Below are positions 9,382 to 18,085 of a DNA stretch of 43,464 nucleotides, one piece after another. The position numbers were made by a program, and so were the translations under genes. Numbering within the stretch: the stretch's first letter is position 1; each line of letters begins with the position of its first letter. The DNA comes from Candidatus Parcubacteria bacterium (GTDB lineage Bacteria > Patescibacteriota > Minisyncoccia > Phycocordibacterales > UBA918), in contig JBJOPW010000009.1 in the NCBI GenBank assembly GCA_046050355.1, forward strand, positions 1 through 43,464, read 5' to 3'. Below the pieces are notes generated by a model. The model worked only from the letters and a program-made list of their open reading frames with translations, ran no database searches and was not told the origin of the DNA.

Positions 9382-9963
9382 TTATTTCTTTTTCTTCTTG
9401 ATTGCCGTGTCGGGGTTATTCCGAGCTTCAATCATGTCGCGTAAGAGCTTCAGTCCACGGTGAATACGGACTGAAACTACATTCTCCGATTCTTCCACCA
9501 GTTCACTAATTTCTTTTGGTCCGAGCCCATCGACAAAGCGGAAGAGGAGTACCTCGCGGTAGACATCAGGCAAAGTTGTAACCAAGGTAAATGCCTGTTT
9601 CCCATCAAGCGTGGCAGCGAGAGCCTCAGTTGTATCCTCGACCAATTCAGAGAATGAGCCTTCGGTTACCCCATCCTGGGCCAAAAGCGCATCAAGTGAT
9701 TGTTCCCGTTGCTTGCGGTACTCATCAATGATGAGATTGTTGAGTACCTTGTACAAAAATGGACGGTACTGCTCCACTTCATGGCCGTTCTTGATGTATG
9801 TCCACACTTTCGTAAAAGTATCGTGTACGAGGTCAATCGCCCGTTCACGGTCACTAATACGTAAAGCAGCATGCCTGAAAAGAGCGTCGTTATACTCAGA
9901 AAACGCTTCTAAAAAGCGCTCCTCTTGGCTTCCGCCTGTCGATGTGGTTTTAGAACCCGCCAT
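9382..9963 (-). CDS. ECF-type RNA polymerase sigma factor
   Basis: Region 2 (AIDLVHDTFTKVW...FLYKVLNNLIIDEYRK) and region 4 (LPDVYREV...KEIS...VSVRIHRG). Confidence 0.93.
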   Translation of the reverse strand: MAGSKTTSTGGSQEERFLEAFSEYNDALFRHAALRISDRERAIDLVHDTFTKVWTYIKNGHEVEQYRPFLYKVLNNLIIDEYRKQREQSLDALLAQDGVTEGSFSELVEDTTEALAATLDGKQAFTLVTTLPDVYREVLLFRFVDGLGPKEISELVEESENVVSVRIHRGLKLLRDMIEARNNPDTAIKKKKK

Positions 9964-10090
9964 GTGGAAACCATTATATATGTAGACGGCGCCCCTGCCT
10001 AATACTTACGGGGAACTAGTAAGTTTTCCACAGGTTGCGCATTCCACAACAATCTTTAAATTATGCAAGGTTAATTGCCTTATTACATAA

Positions 10091-11014
10091 CTAAAACCAC
10101 CCTTTTTTCTGGAAAAACCAGCTGAGAACAGCCAGGACAACCGCGTTGGCTCCCAAAATGTATACAAACGCGTACGGTGAATCCTGGAGTGGTAACTTGA
10201 TGTTCATACCGTAGAGTGAGGCGATTACGAGCGGTACGGTGAGGAGAATGGTGAGTACCGTGAGGATACTAAGTGAATTGTTGAGCCGACTGGTCATAAT
10301 CGCCTCAATCCCCCCACGCATGTTCTGAATAGTCTTGAGAATAGACCGAGCTTGGTTCACCACCTGATTGTTCGCGATGATAATATCTTCCATATCATCA
10401 ATATCGTCAGAGAACAGCTGCATGTAGTTCCCTTTTGGCACCTGCTGGAGCCAAGCGTTCGTCGGCACCAAGGCATCCACCATACTATTAAGGCGCGATT
10501 CGTATTGCACGAGACGTTCAATCCCCTTCATCCCAATCTTCGTGAGTCGAACCCGTTCCTTTTGTACCGCTTTACGCAGCTTAATCAGTTCACTATCGTA
10601 GGAGTTGGTGAGGGCTTCCACCATCAAAATAAAGAATTTGGCTTTCTGCGTGGTCACTACTGCCTCTTTGCCGCTAAAGAACCGCTCAAGGAACGGTACG
10701 GGACGCAGCGCCACCGTGAGCACAAACGATTCTCCCATGATGATGAGGAGTGGCGCGGTTTCGCTATCCTCTTTGATCTCTCGATACGGGTAGCGGGTAA
10801 AGAAATACGTACCGCCATCAGATTTTTCAAGGCGAGGTACCTCAAAGAAGTCCTCGGCGTCTTCCATAATATCCGCATCAAGCCCGAAATCAGCCTGGAG
10901 TTTCTTCATTTCTTCGGGGGTCGGTGATTCGGCATGCACCCATACCCCCGTTCGCACCGCATCGAGCTGCTTTAGTTCAGTGTCTTTAATGGTGCGAAAG
11001 TAGTACGTAATCAT
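10091..11014 (-). CDS. corA: CorA-family Mg2+ transporter
   Basis: Two C-terminal TMs with YGMN signature. Confidence 0.93.
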   Translation of the reverse strand: MITYYFRTIKDTELKQLDAVRTGVWVHAESPTPEEMKKLQADFGLDADIMEDAEDFFEVPRLEKSDGGTYFFTRYPYREIKEDSETAPLLIIMGESFVLTVALRPVPFLERFFSGKEAVVTTQKAKFFILMVEALTNSYDSELIKLRKAVQKERVRLTKIGMKGIERLVQYESRLNSMVDALVPTNAWLQQVPKGNYMQLFSDDIDDMEDIIIANNQVVNQARSILKTIQNMRGGIEAIMTSRLNNSLSILTVLTILLTVPLVIASLYGMNIKLPLQDSPYAFVYILGANAVVLAVLSWFFQKKGWF

Positions 11015-11056
11015 TGCCCTCTACCTTACGCTCCTATCACAATTTTTACAACCCAA

Positions 11057-11932
11057 TTATCCCAAAAACAAGAGGGAAACAATACACAATATGACGGCCA
11101 GTACTTTCTTCCAATCAATGTGTTCTTTGTAAATCAGTACCGCTAGCACAATTGGAATGACGATGTAGAGCCCATGGATGGTCTGCACGATACCTAAGTC
11201 TCCGCCGTGCCCATACGCATAGAGCACGAGGAGTAAAGACAGGCAGATGAGAATTGATCGGAATATAGACGCTTTTAGTAGATCCTTGGTTGTATGTTCT
11301 GTTATATAACGCCATGGCAACGTTCGAAATTTTAGGGATATCATGACGAGACTGGCAATAAAAATACCCCACGATGAATACCAGAGTGCCTCCCACTCAC
11401 TCATCCCCAGGTCAATAACGTACTTATTGAGTGCGGCCGCCAGAGCTGATGTTCCTGATACTACTAGCACCATAACTAATCCCATCAGGAGGTTGTTTTG
11501 GCGTTTGTTTTCAACCTTACTAATGAGGAGGAGCGGCACGAGGTGCCCGAGCGCAATACCAAACCACTCGAGAGCCGTAAATCGTTCACCAAAAAATATC
11601 AAACCAGCTAAAACCGCCAAAAAGGGACTGAGGAGCTTAAATAGCGGAAAGAATATGGTGGTATCAATATATCGAAGTGCAACAATCTTAAGCGAGCCCC
11701 CCTGTGCTGCAACTCCTCCGGCAATTACCGTAATAACAACCAATAAAAGCGTTACTACCCCATCTGGCCTGAGAATAAGTAAGCCAGCTCCTGCAAATAC
11801 TACCGAGACAACTCCCGAGTAAAGAATAAAAACATCGGCATCAAAACCCTTTTTGGCGGCAATCTTGAACCCAAAATTACTAATCCCTGCCAATACCATA
11901 CCAGTGACCGCCGCCCAAAACCAAAGTTGCAT
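11057..11932 (-). CDS. EamA/DMT-family transporter
   Basis: About 10 TM helices in two repeats (FFGERFT; IYKEHID); start MQLWFW. Confidence 0.85.
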   Translation of the reverse strand: MQLWFWAAVTGMVLAGISNFGFKIAAKKGFDADVFILYSGVVSVVFAGAGLLILRPDGVVTLLLVVITVIAGGVAAQGGSLKIVALRYIDTTIFFPLFKLLSPFLAVLAGLIFFGERFTALEWFGIALGHLVPLLLISKVENKRQNNLLMGLVMVLVVSGTSALAAALNKYVIDLGMSEWEALWYSSWGIFIASLVMISLKFRTLPWRYITEHTTKDLLKASIFRSILICLSLLLVLYAYGHGGDLGIVQTIHGLYIVIPIVLAVLIYKEHIDWKKVLAVILCIVSLLFLG

Positions 11933-12079
11933 ACGTGCAATTGTAGCAAACAAAAAGCCTGTTTCATACGAAACAGGCTTTTTGTTTATTTGTATGACAA
12001 TACAAACTTCACTCCCTTGGTCATAAAAATAAAACTTCGTTTTACTATGTCTTATTTTGCGACACCACTCGTTTATTTG

Positions 12080-12150
12080 TCGGGGAGCGGAGAATCGAAC
12101 TCCGGCCATTCGGTCCCAAACCGAACACACTACCATTATGCTACACCCCG
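12080..12150 (-). tRNA. tRNA-Pro(TGG), CCA not encoded
   Basis: CGGGGTGTAGCATAATGGTAGTGTGTTCGGTT-TGG-GACCGAATGGCCGGAGTTCGATTCTCCGCTCCCCGA. Confidence 0.93.
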
Positions 12151-12209
12151 ATATTCGTTTGTGGCTGTGATAATATCACCCTTTATCAAAAAAAGCGAGA
12201 AATTTTTGT

Positions 12210-12584
12210 CTAATTGGCTCGTGCTTCAAAATGTAAAATTCTATGGCAATTCGCACAAAGGACTGCGCATTTTGCTATCTCTTGATTCAACCGATCTGTG
12301 CCAAACTGATGATAATAATAATCAGAAATAGCAAAATCTTTTGTTTGACTATCTCGATGATGAAATTCCAGTACCCGGACATCACGAATACCACATCTCT
12401 CACAGCCTAACTCCTCTTTTCGTTCGTCAATAATAGAACGACGTTTGGATTTTAGAATATTCTTAGTCTTTCGGTAACAATATCTGCATTTTTGTCTTCT
12501 ATAGACTTTCTCACCAACAGTTTTTGCCACACCGAAATCTGTTTCTGGGTAAGACTTATGGCAATAGCGACAGACCTTATCCAT
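12210..12584 (-). CDS. Zinc-binding HNH-type endonuclease
   Basis: CRYC..CRYC, CERCG...LEFHH...LCANCHRILH; start 12584 (or 12596). Confidence 0.85.
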   Translation of the reverse strand: MDKVCRYCHKSYPETDFGVAKTVGEKVYRRQKCRYCYRKTKNILKSKRRSIIDERKEELGCERCGIRDVRVLEFHHRDSQTKDFAISDYYYHQFGTDRLNQEIAKCAVLCANCHRILHFEARAN

Positions 12585-12616
12585 AACTTTAATCATAGCA
12601 CATTTCGAACCACATC

Positions 12617-13121
12617 TTAAAGTCCCAAAACACTATTCAGACTAGTGCTATGATTTAAACTCGACAGAGCACCAAAACGACCATCAATAACCTCGCTCCC
12701 CTTTGTGCCCGGCCTAGCCATCCGCAGGACGGTGCTGTTTGGAAATTTCGTAGCAAATGCTTCCAAATGCTCGATTGTGTCGTCAATAAAAACTACCTTT
12801 TCACATGAAACACCGGAATCGAGGTACTTTTTTATGAAATCGGCCTTACTCCCCTGTTCCACGTAGAACATTTGATCAAAATGTGAGGCTAATCCAGATA
12901 GTCTAAACTTACATTCCTACACCTGACGGCGACCAAAAGTCACCAAATGGCAGGTAAAACCAGTTTGCTGTACGTTCCATATGAAACTTAGGACGTCGGG
13001 ATAGATGGACCTCAAAATCAGCTCCCAGCTGGCCAGCTATAATCCATGCCAGTTCCAGCGAGTTATAAAAACGTTCGGTATCAAAGAGAGTTCGATCAAA
13101 ATCCAGGAAGATATGTTTCAT
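12617..13121 (-). pseudogene. HAD-superfamily hydrolase pseudogene
   Basis: Motif I FLDFDRTLFD and motif IV VFIDDT are in different frames; frameshift near 13003 (continues YPDVLSF...LVTFG) plus in-frame TAG at 12917-12919. Confidence 0.8.
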
Positions 13122-13168
13122 TACAGATAACAACAAACAAATCAGCCAAAATGTTGCACATGAAACTA

Positions 13169-13582
13169 CTAGATAATGATATTTTCAATAACTTTTACGG
13201 TTGCAAACGTTTCACGTGGTACAATACGTACCGCTACTACATCAATTTGCCAATCCCCTTCATATTTATGCTCCATCAGCCAGCTTTCGATGGCACGGGA
13301 AAGCTTTTTGAGCTTGAATGGATGTACGTTCTCTTCTGGACGCCAGGTTCCATAAGAAACTGCCTGCTCTAGATTACTTTTTGTTTCATATGAAACTGTT
13401 TTCACCTCAATAAAGTGTACTTTTTCATACTTTTTGGCAATAACATCAATTTCTCCCCATTTTTTGCGATAATTCCGACCAATAATCAGAAAACCCTGCT
13501 TTTTTAGATATACCGCGGCTATAGACTCGCCGCGAGCACCAGTTTCGTTATTCTGTGCCTTTTTTCGGACACTCTGTTCCAT
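13169..13582 (-). CDS. yraN: YraN-family (UPF0102) nuclease
   Basis: GARGESIA..YL...RNYR...GEIDVIA...HFIEVKT. Confidence 0.93.
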   Translation of the reverse strand: MEQSVRKKAQNNETGARGESIAAVYLKKQGFLIIGRNYRKKWGEIDVIAKKYEKVHFIEVKTVSYETKSNLEQAVSYGTWRPEENVHPFKLKKLSRAIESWLMEHKYEGDWQIDVVAVRIVPRETFATVKVIENIII

Positions 13583-13741
13583 ATGAAACTAGTATACCAG
13601 TTTGTTATGCTAGAACGACTGCTTTAGCCTCAACTTTTAAGCCGTTTCATGTGTAACAACAAAAACACTTTCTTTTACTAGCCATATTCTACCAGCATTA
13701 ACAAGCAATGTGTGCCACGTGGCACACATATTTTCTATGAG

Positions 13742-13846
13742 ATATCCACGGCTTTGAGATTGTAGCCATATAAAATAAGGTTTTTTGTAAAAGAATCGTG
13801 TCTTTGAGACATGTCCTTTATACACATGTTCACACGGTTATGCACT
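13742..13846 (+). promoter_or_regulatory. DnaA-box-like sites in a non-coding gap, candidate oriC
   Basis: TTATACACA 13818-13826 (matches TTWTNCACA), TTATGCACT 13838-13846, ATATCCACG 13742-13750, AT-rich tract ~13768-13792. Confidence 0.35.
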
Positions 13847-13963
13847 GTTTTGCGATGTCTGCCCATAGTTTGTGCTACTAACACTGATTATAGTTAGGAA
13901 AATCAAGACTTTGGCGGTTGGGGTAGTCGTTAAGGTTGAGGTTTTCGCTCAGTTAACATTGCA

Positions 13964-14137
13964 GCGGCTAGAGAGACTTGATCCCTACCGGACTAAGTCA
14001 CCCAATTGGCTACATTATTTCGCTAGGCTTATAATCTACCGGAAACGCGCCTCGATTCTGCAAAAGGCTTTATTTGCATAAGTTTCGCTTCTAGCTGCAC
14101 ATATGAAAAACCCGCAATGAAGCGGGTTTTTCATATG
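13964..14137. repeat. tRNA-linked structured element, copy 2 (Gly-GCC), degenerate
   Basis: Direct tRNA-3' copy 13964-13981 (15/18), scaffold GTCAC..TGGCTACATTATTTCG..ATAATCTA, perfect 26-bp inverted repeat 14090-14115/14122-14147 entering the tRNA. Confidence 0.7.
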
Positions 14138-14208
14138 TGCAGCTAGAGAGAATCGAACTCTCGACTTAACATTGGCAATGTCATGTTATACCACTTAACC
14201 ATAGCTGC
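14138..14208 (-). tRNA. tRNA-Gly(GCC), CCA not encoded
   Basis: GCAGCTATGGTTAAGTGGTATAACATGACATT-GCC-AATGTTAAGTCGAGAGTTCGATTCTCTCTAGCTGCA. Confidence 0.92.
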
Positions 14209-14214
14209 TTTTAT

Positions 14215-14889
14215 TTATTTGTCACCCGAAGGTAATGTATTTAATACTATTTTGGGAATTTGGTCAATCCAAGTTAGCAACTTTCGTTTCAAGTACGTGT
14301 TACTGACAAGAATGGTACATGTTCCATATGGCAATTTTTTGGTTTTGTGACGACTTGGTAAGACCATTGTCTTATGGAAGACTTGTAATCCAGTGTTATT
14401 TTCCCAATATTTTTTACACTCTGTCTCGTCCAAATCTTCATATAAATATAGTGCCCCGCGTATTTTTTCTGGCGGAACCAAGCAAAATGTGAGTAAAAAT
14501 TGTCTGAACAGTTTGATCATTTGAGGATCAGTATTGGCTAAACGAACTAAACTACTTTTTGATTTATCTCCCTCACCCCAATACGCGACAACGCCAGCTA
14601 TAAATAACTGATTGTCTCTATATTTTATCAGTTCTTCGCTGGCTTCTCGCTCCGCTTGAGTATAGTAGGCTTGCAATAGATCTCCTCTAGCTCGATTCAA
14701 GACCTGTAATCGTGCAGTGCTTTTGGTCTGTGACGTTATAGTTAGGGCGCGTTTGATATCTTCCGAAAAATCTTGTCCCTTGAACCAGTTGGAAAGAGTA
14801 CTTTTTGCGACGTTGAGGGCTAACGCTATCTCATTGTAACTTTTACCTTCTTTACGAAGCATAAAAGCCCTATCTTTATCTGTTCTCAT
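14215..14889 (-). CDS. HTH + LAGLIDADG-like protein (tRNA-adjacent family)
   Basis: HTH LRKEGKSYNEIA..VAKSTLSNW; FIAGVVAYWGEG helix, NTDPQMI, C-terminal YGTC. Confidence 0.8.
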   Translation of the reverse strand: MRTDKDRAFMLRKEGKSYNEIALALNVAKSTLSNWFKGQDFSEDIKRALTITSQTKSTARLQVLNRARGDLLQAYYTQAEREASEELIKYRDNQLFIAGVVAYWGEGDKSKSSLVRLANTDPQMIKLFRQFLLTFCLVPPEKIRGALYLYEDLDETECKKYWENNTGLQVFHKTMVLPSRHKTKKLPYGTCTILVSNTYLKRKLLTWIDQIPKIVLNTLPSGDK

Positions 14890-14917
14890 TCATACTATAT
14901 TAGCATATGACCAAGGT

Positions 14918-15592
14918 TCATTTCTTCTGCAACTCTGTTTCGAGGAGGGATATCCATTTTTGGAGCTTTTTCTTGAGCAATGTGTTTGTAATCACCGTAT
15001 TTCCGACGCCAAAATGCAACGTCTCTTTCTGGGTACGGCTGGGAATAACCTGGTTCTTGTAGAATTGAGCCGGAGATAGAGTGGTTTTTTGGCACCAGCG
15101 CTTCATACTGGCCACTTCATCATGATCAGGATAGAGGAGCAGCCAGAAGCGTATATCAGCTTTAGCTACACCCAAGTAGGTGGTCACAAAGCGAATAAAG
15201 AGCCGGTGGAGCTCTGGGCGGCTACCAGACAGGCGGATAAGCCTCGGTTGTTTGCTGTCTCCAGCGGTCATATAAAGCGTCAGGCCAGCGATAAACAGGG
15301 CAGAGAGGCGATAGTGCTGATACTCCGTCCCGGCCGAGCGTAGCGCCTCGGTGTACTGGTGGCGGCGTTCCGCTACTCGAGCTTTATTGATAAGCGCGAG
15401 GCGTTTGGTGTTTTGAATGACTGCCTGCTTTTGATTATCTTTGGCCACTCCTTTTGAGAATGGTTCGTGTCGCAGCCAGTTACTCACCGTACCTTTGGAA
15501 ACGTTACAAATCTTGGCTATTTCCGCATACGTGAAGCCACGCCGACGGAAAGCGACGGCTTGTTCATAGGCTTCTTGCTTGTAGTGGGTCAT
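14918..15592 (-). CDS. HTH + LAGLIDADG-like paralog with altered motif
   Basis: Same length and architecture; FIAGLTLYMTAGD replaces AYWGEG. Confidence 0.78.
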   Translation of the reverse strand: MTHYKQEAYEQAVAFRRRGFTYAEIAKICNVSKGTVSNWLRHEPFSKGVAKDNQKQAVIQNTKRLALINKARVAERRHQYTEALRSAGTEYQHYRLSALFIAGLTLYMTAGDSKQPRLIRLSGSRPELHRLFIRFVTTYLGVAKADIRFWLLLYPDHDEVASMKRWCQKTTLSPAQFYKNQVIPSRTQKETLHFGVGNTVITNTLLKKKLQKWISLLETELQKK

Positions 15593-15702
15593 AATGAGTA
15601 TTGCAAAGTTCGTATATTATATAGTACTAGCAATGTTCATTTCTACTGCAAATGGAGCGCCGGTAGGGGATACCGACGTTACATATACCAGGACGAGGCG
15701 GA

Positions 15703-15987
15703 TTACGAATCACCGTCAATCTCTTCACCGACGACCAATTGCACACCTTGTGGCCCAACTACGGCATAGTGTGGAGTGGTGGGTGGAACATCAATGCGGT
15801 CACCGGTTTTGTAGTTTGTGGTTACTCCATTAATCGTAAAATCAATCGAACCCTCAGTGACAAACAACGCCACTTTACCAACATGACTATGCTCGGGATA
15901 GACGGTGCCGGGCTTATCTTGCCATTCGTAGATATAAGGCCAATCTTCTTTTTCAAACTGGGCGATACAGCGCTCGGAGAGTTCCAT
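15703..15987 (-). CDS. Cupin-domain protein
   Basis: PEHSH...VTEGSI...GDRIDVPPTTPH. Confidence 0.88.
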   Translation of the reverse strand: MELSERCIAQFEKEDWPYIYEWQDKPGTVYPEHSHVGKVALFVTEGSIDFTINGVTTNYKTGDRIDVPPTTPHYAVVGPQGVQLVVGEEIDGDS

Positions 15988-15989
15988 AA

Positions 15990-16634
15990 CTAGGCAAAGT
16001 GCTGCGTATCACCGTTTTTCATCGGAATAAAATCAATCTGATGGTTGGCCAGCTGATTTTTACAGAGTCCATGGACCAAGTTCATACCATCATCATTTAA
16101 TACCGCATCATGTACCGGAAAAGCCTGTTTCGGCGCAAGGGTGACAGCGTAATTGAGCGCATCTTTGATTGCGCACCAGGGACCAGAGACGGGTAGGGCA
16201 AGAATTGGTACGGGTTTGCCTGGATTGAGGTAGGCATCACCCGGGTAGAAGAGGGTTTTATCGATAAAAAATCCGGTGTTTTCTACCTGTCCGAATTCAC
16301 CAAAAATTTCCACGTGTTTGCCAGCACGAGCTTCAATACAGACATCACAGACATCAGTTTCTACTGCTTCCTCGAGCACGCTATAGGCAATCCCTAATTC
16401 TGTAAGCATTCGACCAACACTTTCGTTGGTGACCACTTGGGCTTGTGGGTTATTCTTCATTATCTGTGCCATAGAGTCACTATGGAGATGATCGGCATGC
16501 TCGTGGGTAATCAGGATAAGATCAATAGCAGTTAGATCATTCTGCGCAGTAGTAAAGCGTCCAGGGTCGGTAAGAATACGCTTACCCGCGGTTTCGATAA
16601 GGAGGCAGCACTGGCCAATTTTGGTGATGTTCAT
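15990..16634 (-). CDS. MBL-fold metallo-hydrolase
   Basis: ILTDPG, THEHADH, YPGD, PVHD; start MNITKIG. Confidence 0.92.
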   Translation of the reverse strand: MNITKIGQCCLLIETAGKRILTDPGRFTTAQNDLTAIDLILITHEHADHLHSDSMAQIMKNNPQAQVVTNESVGRMLTELGIAYSVLEEAVETDVCDVCIEARAGKHVEIFGEFGQVENTGFFIDKTLFYPGDAYLNPGKPVPILALPVSGPWCAIKDALNYAVTLAPKQAFPVHDAVLNDDGMNLVHGLCKNQLANHQIDFIPMKNGDTQHFA

Positions 16635-16723
16635 ACAAAGTAGTATAACAAAATCAACAGCAAACGTGATAGGAGTCTCAAGATTGGTGATTCTAGATGC
16701 AATTACTGGTAAGATGTCTGGTG

Positions 16724-17782
16724 ATGGATCCAAAAATTGACAGTCTGCTTGATCAGGCCGTGGCAAAAAATGTATTCCCTGGCTGTAATTTTGCTATTGT
16801 CAGCGCTGGCAGTGTTGCCTACAAGTCATTTGGTAATTTCACGTACGAAACTAACGCACCGCGAGTGACAATTGATACAATCTACGATTGTGCATCACTC
16901 ACCAAGATTGTTGGACCGATGGCTGTAGCAATGCAACTGGTAGACGAAGGAGTGCTTTCCCTTGATGAACCAGTTGGGAAGTATCTACCAGAGTTTGTAT
17001 CAGAACCACAAAAAGCCCACGCCACGATTGGGCATCTCATGACATATACGCTCGATTATGATATTCCTGGTGGATCAAAATCTCTCCTTGGCACACTATC
17101 ACCGGACCAAGTAGCCAAAAATGCAATTATATATCCTCTCAAACACGCTCCGGGGATAAATTATATGTACTCAAACATCACTGCATTTGTTTTGACGCAA
17201 GTGATAGAACGAGCAATTGGCCAAAACTTTTATGAGTTGGTGCAAGAACGGATTTTTAATCCTCTCCTCATGCACACTGCCACCTTTAATCCGTCAAAAG
17301 AGCAGATGAATACAATTCAGCCAACAGAACTAACGCCAGAACGAGGATTGGTGCAGGGAACTGTCCATGATGAATTTACGGACCGTACTACTGCCGGAAA
17401 CATCAGCAATGGGGCAGCCGGCTTATTTGCGAGCATAAAAGATATTGCTTCTTTTTTGCAGATGACCATCGAAAGCGGAAAAACGAGTACAAAAACATTT
17501 TTTAGTGATCACATGGTAAAAGCCTGGACAGAAGAACAATTTCCAAATTTACTGCCGATCCTGACGCCGCTCGGGTGGGGAGACCAAAATAATGCTTTGC
17601 TTGAAAAATATCACCGTCAGATGGTTGTTAAGAGTGGTTTTACAGGGTGCTTTATGGCAGGTGATTTACTAAACAAAAAAGGCTTTGCGCTGTTATCAAA
17701 CCGCACTTATCCGGTACGACCAATGAATGCGACAGCGTTTGGTGAAGTGAAAGAGAAATTGATGGAAGTGGTGTTTGGGTAA
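16724..17782 (+). CDS. Serine hydrolase, beta-lactamase/PBP family
   Basis: ASLTK (SxxK), YSN, GTVHDE, GAAGLF, KSGFTG. Confidence 0.92.
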   Translation: MDPKIDSLLDQAVAKNVFPGCNFAIVSAGSVAYKSFGNFTYETNAPRVTIDTIYDCASLTKIVGPMAVAMQLVDEGVLSLDEPVGKYLPEFVSEPQKAHATIGHLMTYTLDYDIPGGSKSLLGTLSPDQVAKNAIIYPLKHAPGINYMYSNITAFVLTQVIERAIGQNFYELVQERIFNPLLMHTATFNPSKEQMNTIQPTELTPERGLVQGTVHDEFTDRTTAGNISNGAAGLFASIKDIASFLQMTIESGKTSTKTFFSDHMVKAWTEEQFPNLLPILTPLGWGDQNNALLEKYHRQMVVKSGFTGCFMAGDLLNKKGFALLSNRTYPVRPMNATAFGEVKEKLMEVVFG

Positions 17783-17794
17783 GGTGATGGCTTG

Positions 17795-17997
17795 CCGGAG
17801 GGACTCGGTCCTTACAGGACCAGTATAGGACTCGGTCACGCTCATGGAGATTTTATTTCGTTCCTCATAAAATATCTCATTCGCCCGACCCGGACTGTTC
17901 CGGCCCTAAAGGGGACCCCGGAGCAGTCTTTCGAGTCCCACCGGGTGCTACAAACGGCAACGGCCCAAATGCGTATGCATTTGGGCCGGCCGGTTTG
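17795..17997. repeat. tRNA-linked structured element, copy 3 (Arg-TCG)
   Basis: Direct tRNA-3' copy 17795-17807 (13/13), inverted copy 17930-17948 (18/19), same scaffold as copy 1. Confidence 0.8.
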
Positions 17998-18070
17998 TGC
18001 ACCCGGAGGGACTCGAACCCCCAACCTTCTCGTCCGAAGCGAGCTGCCCTATCCGTTAGGCCACGGGTGC
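17998..18070 (-). tRNA. tRNA-Arg(TCG), CCA not encoded
   Basis: GCACCCGTGGCCTAACGGATAGGGCAGCTCGCT-TCG-GACGAGAAGGTTGGGGGTTCGAGTCCCTCCGGGTGCA. Confidence 0.92.
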
Positions 18071-18085
18071 AGTGGGGGCAGTCTA

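Larger units (their letters stand above)
11960..13726. promoter_or_regulatory. Cluster of 11 parS-like palindromes
   Basis: 16-mers resembling TGTTNCACGTGAAACA start at 11960, 12797, 12855, 12973, 13152, 13208, 13346, 13382, 13575, 13643, 13711. Confidence 0.8.

Noticed and set aside
12917-12919. In-frame TAG as stop-codon recoding
   Set aside because: The same gene also has a frameshift, and TAG and TGA end many intact genes here.
11960-13726. Repeated 16-mers as a CRISPR array
   Set aside because: Irregular spacing, degenerate, inside genes, no cas genes; they fit parS.
15606-15634. dif/lox-like site
   Set aside because: Only one weak half-site; better explained as the -10 region of the 15592 gene.
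15990-17782. Divergent MBL-fold and serine beta-lactamase-fold genes as a resistance locus
   Set aside because: Neither has a signal peptide, and both resemble general cytoplasmic hydrolase subfamilies.
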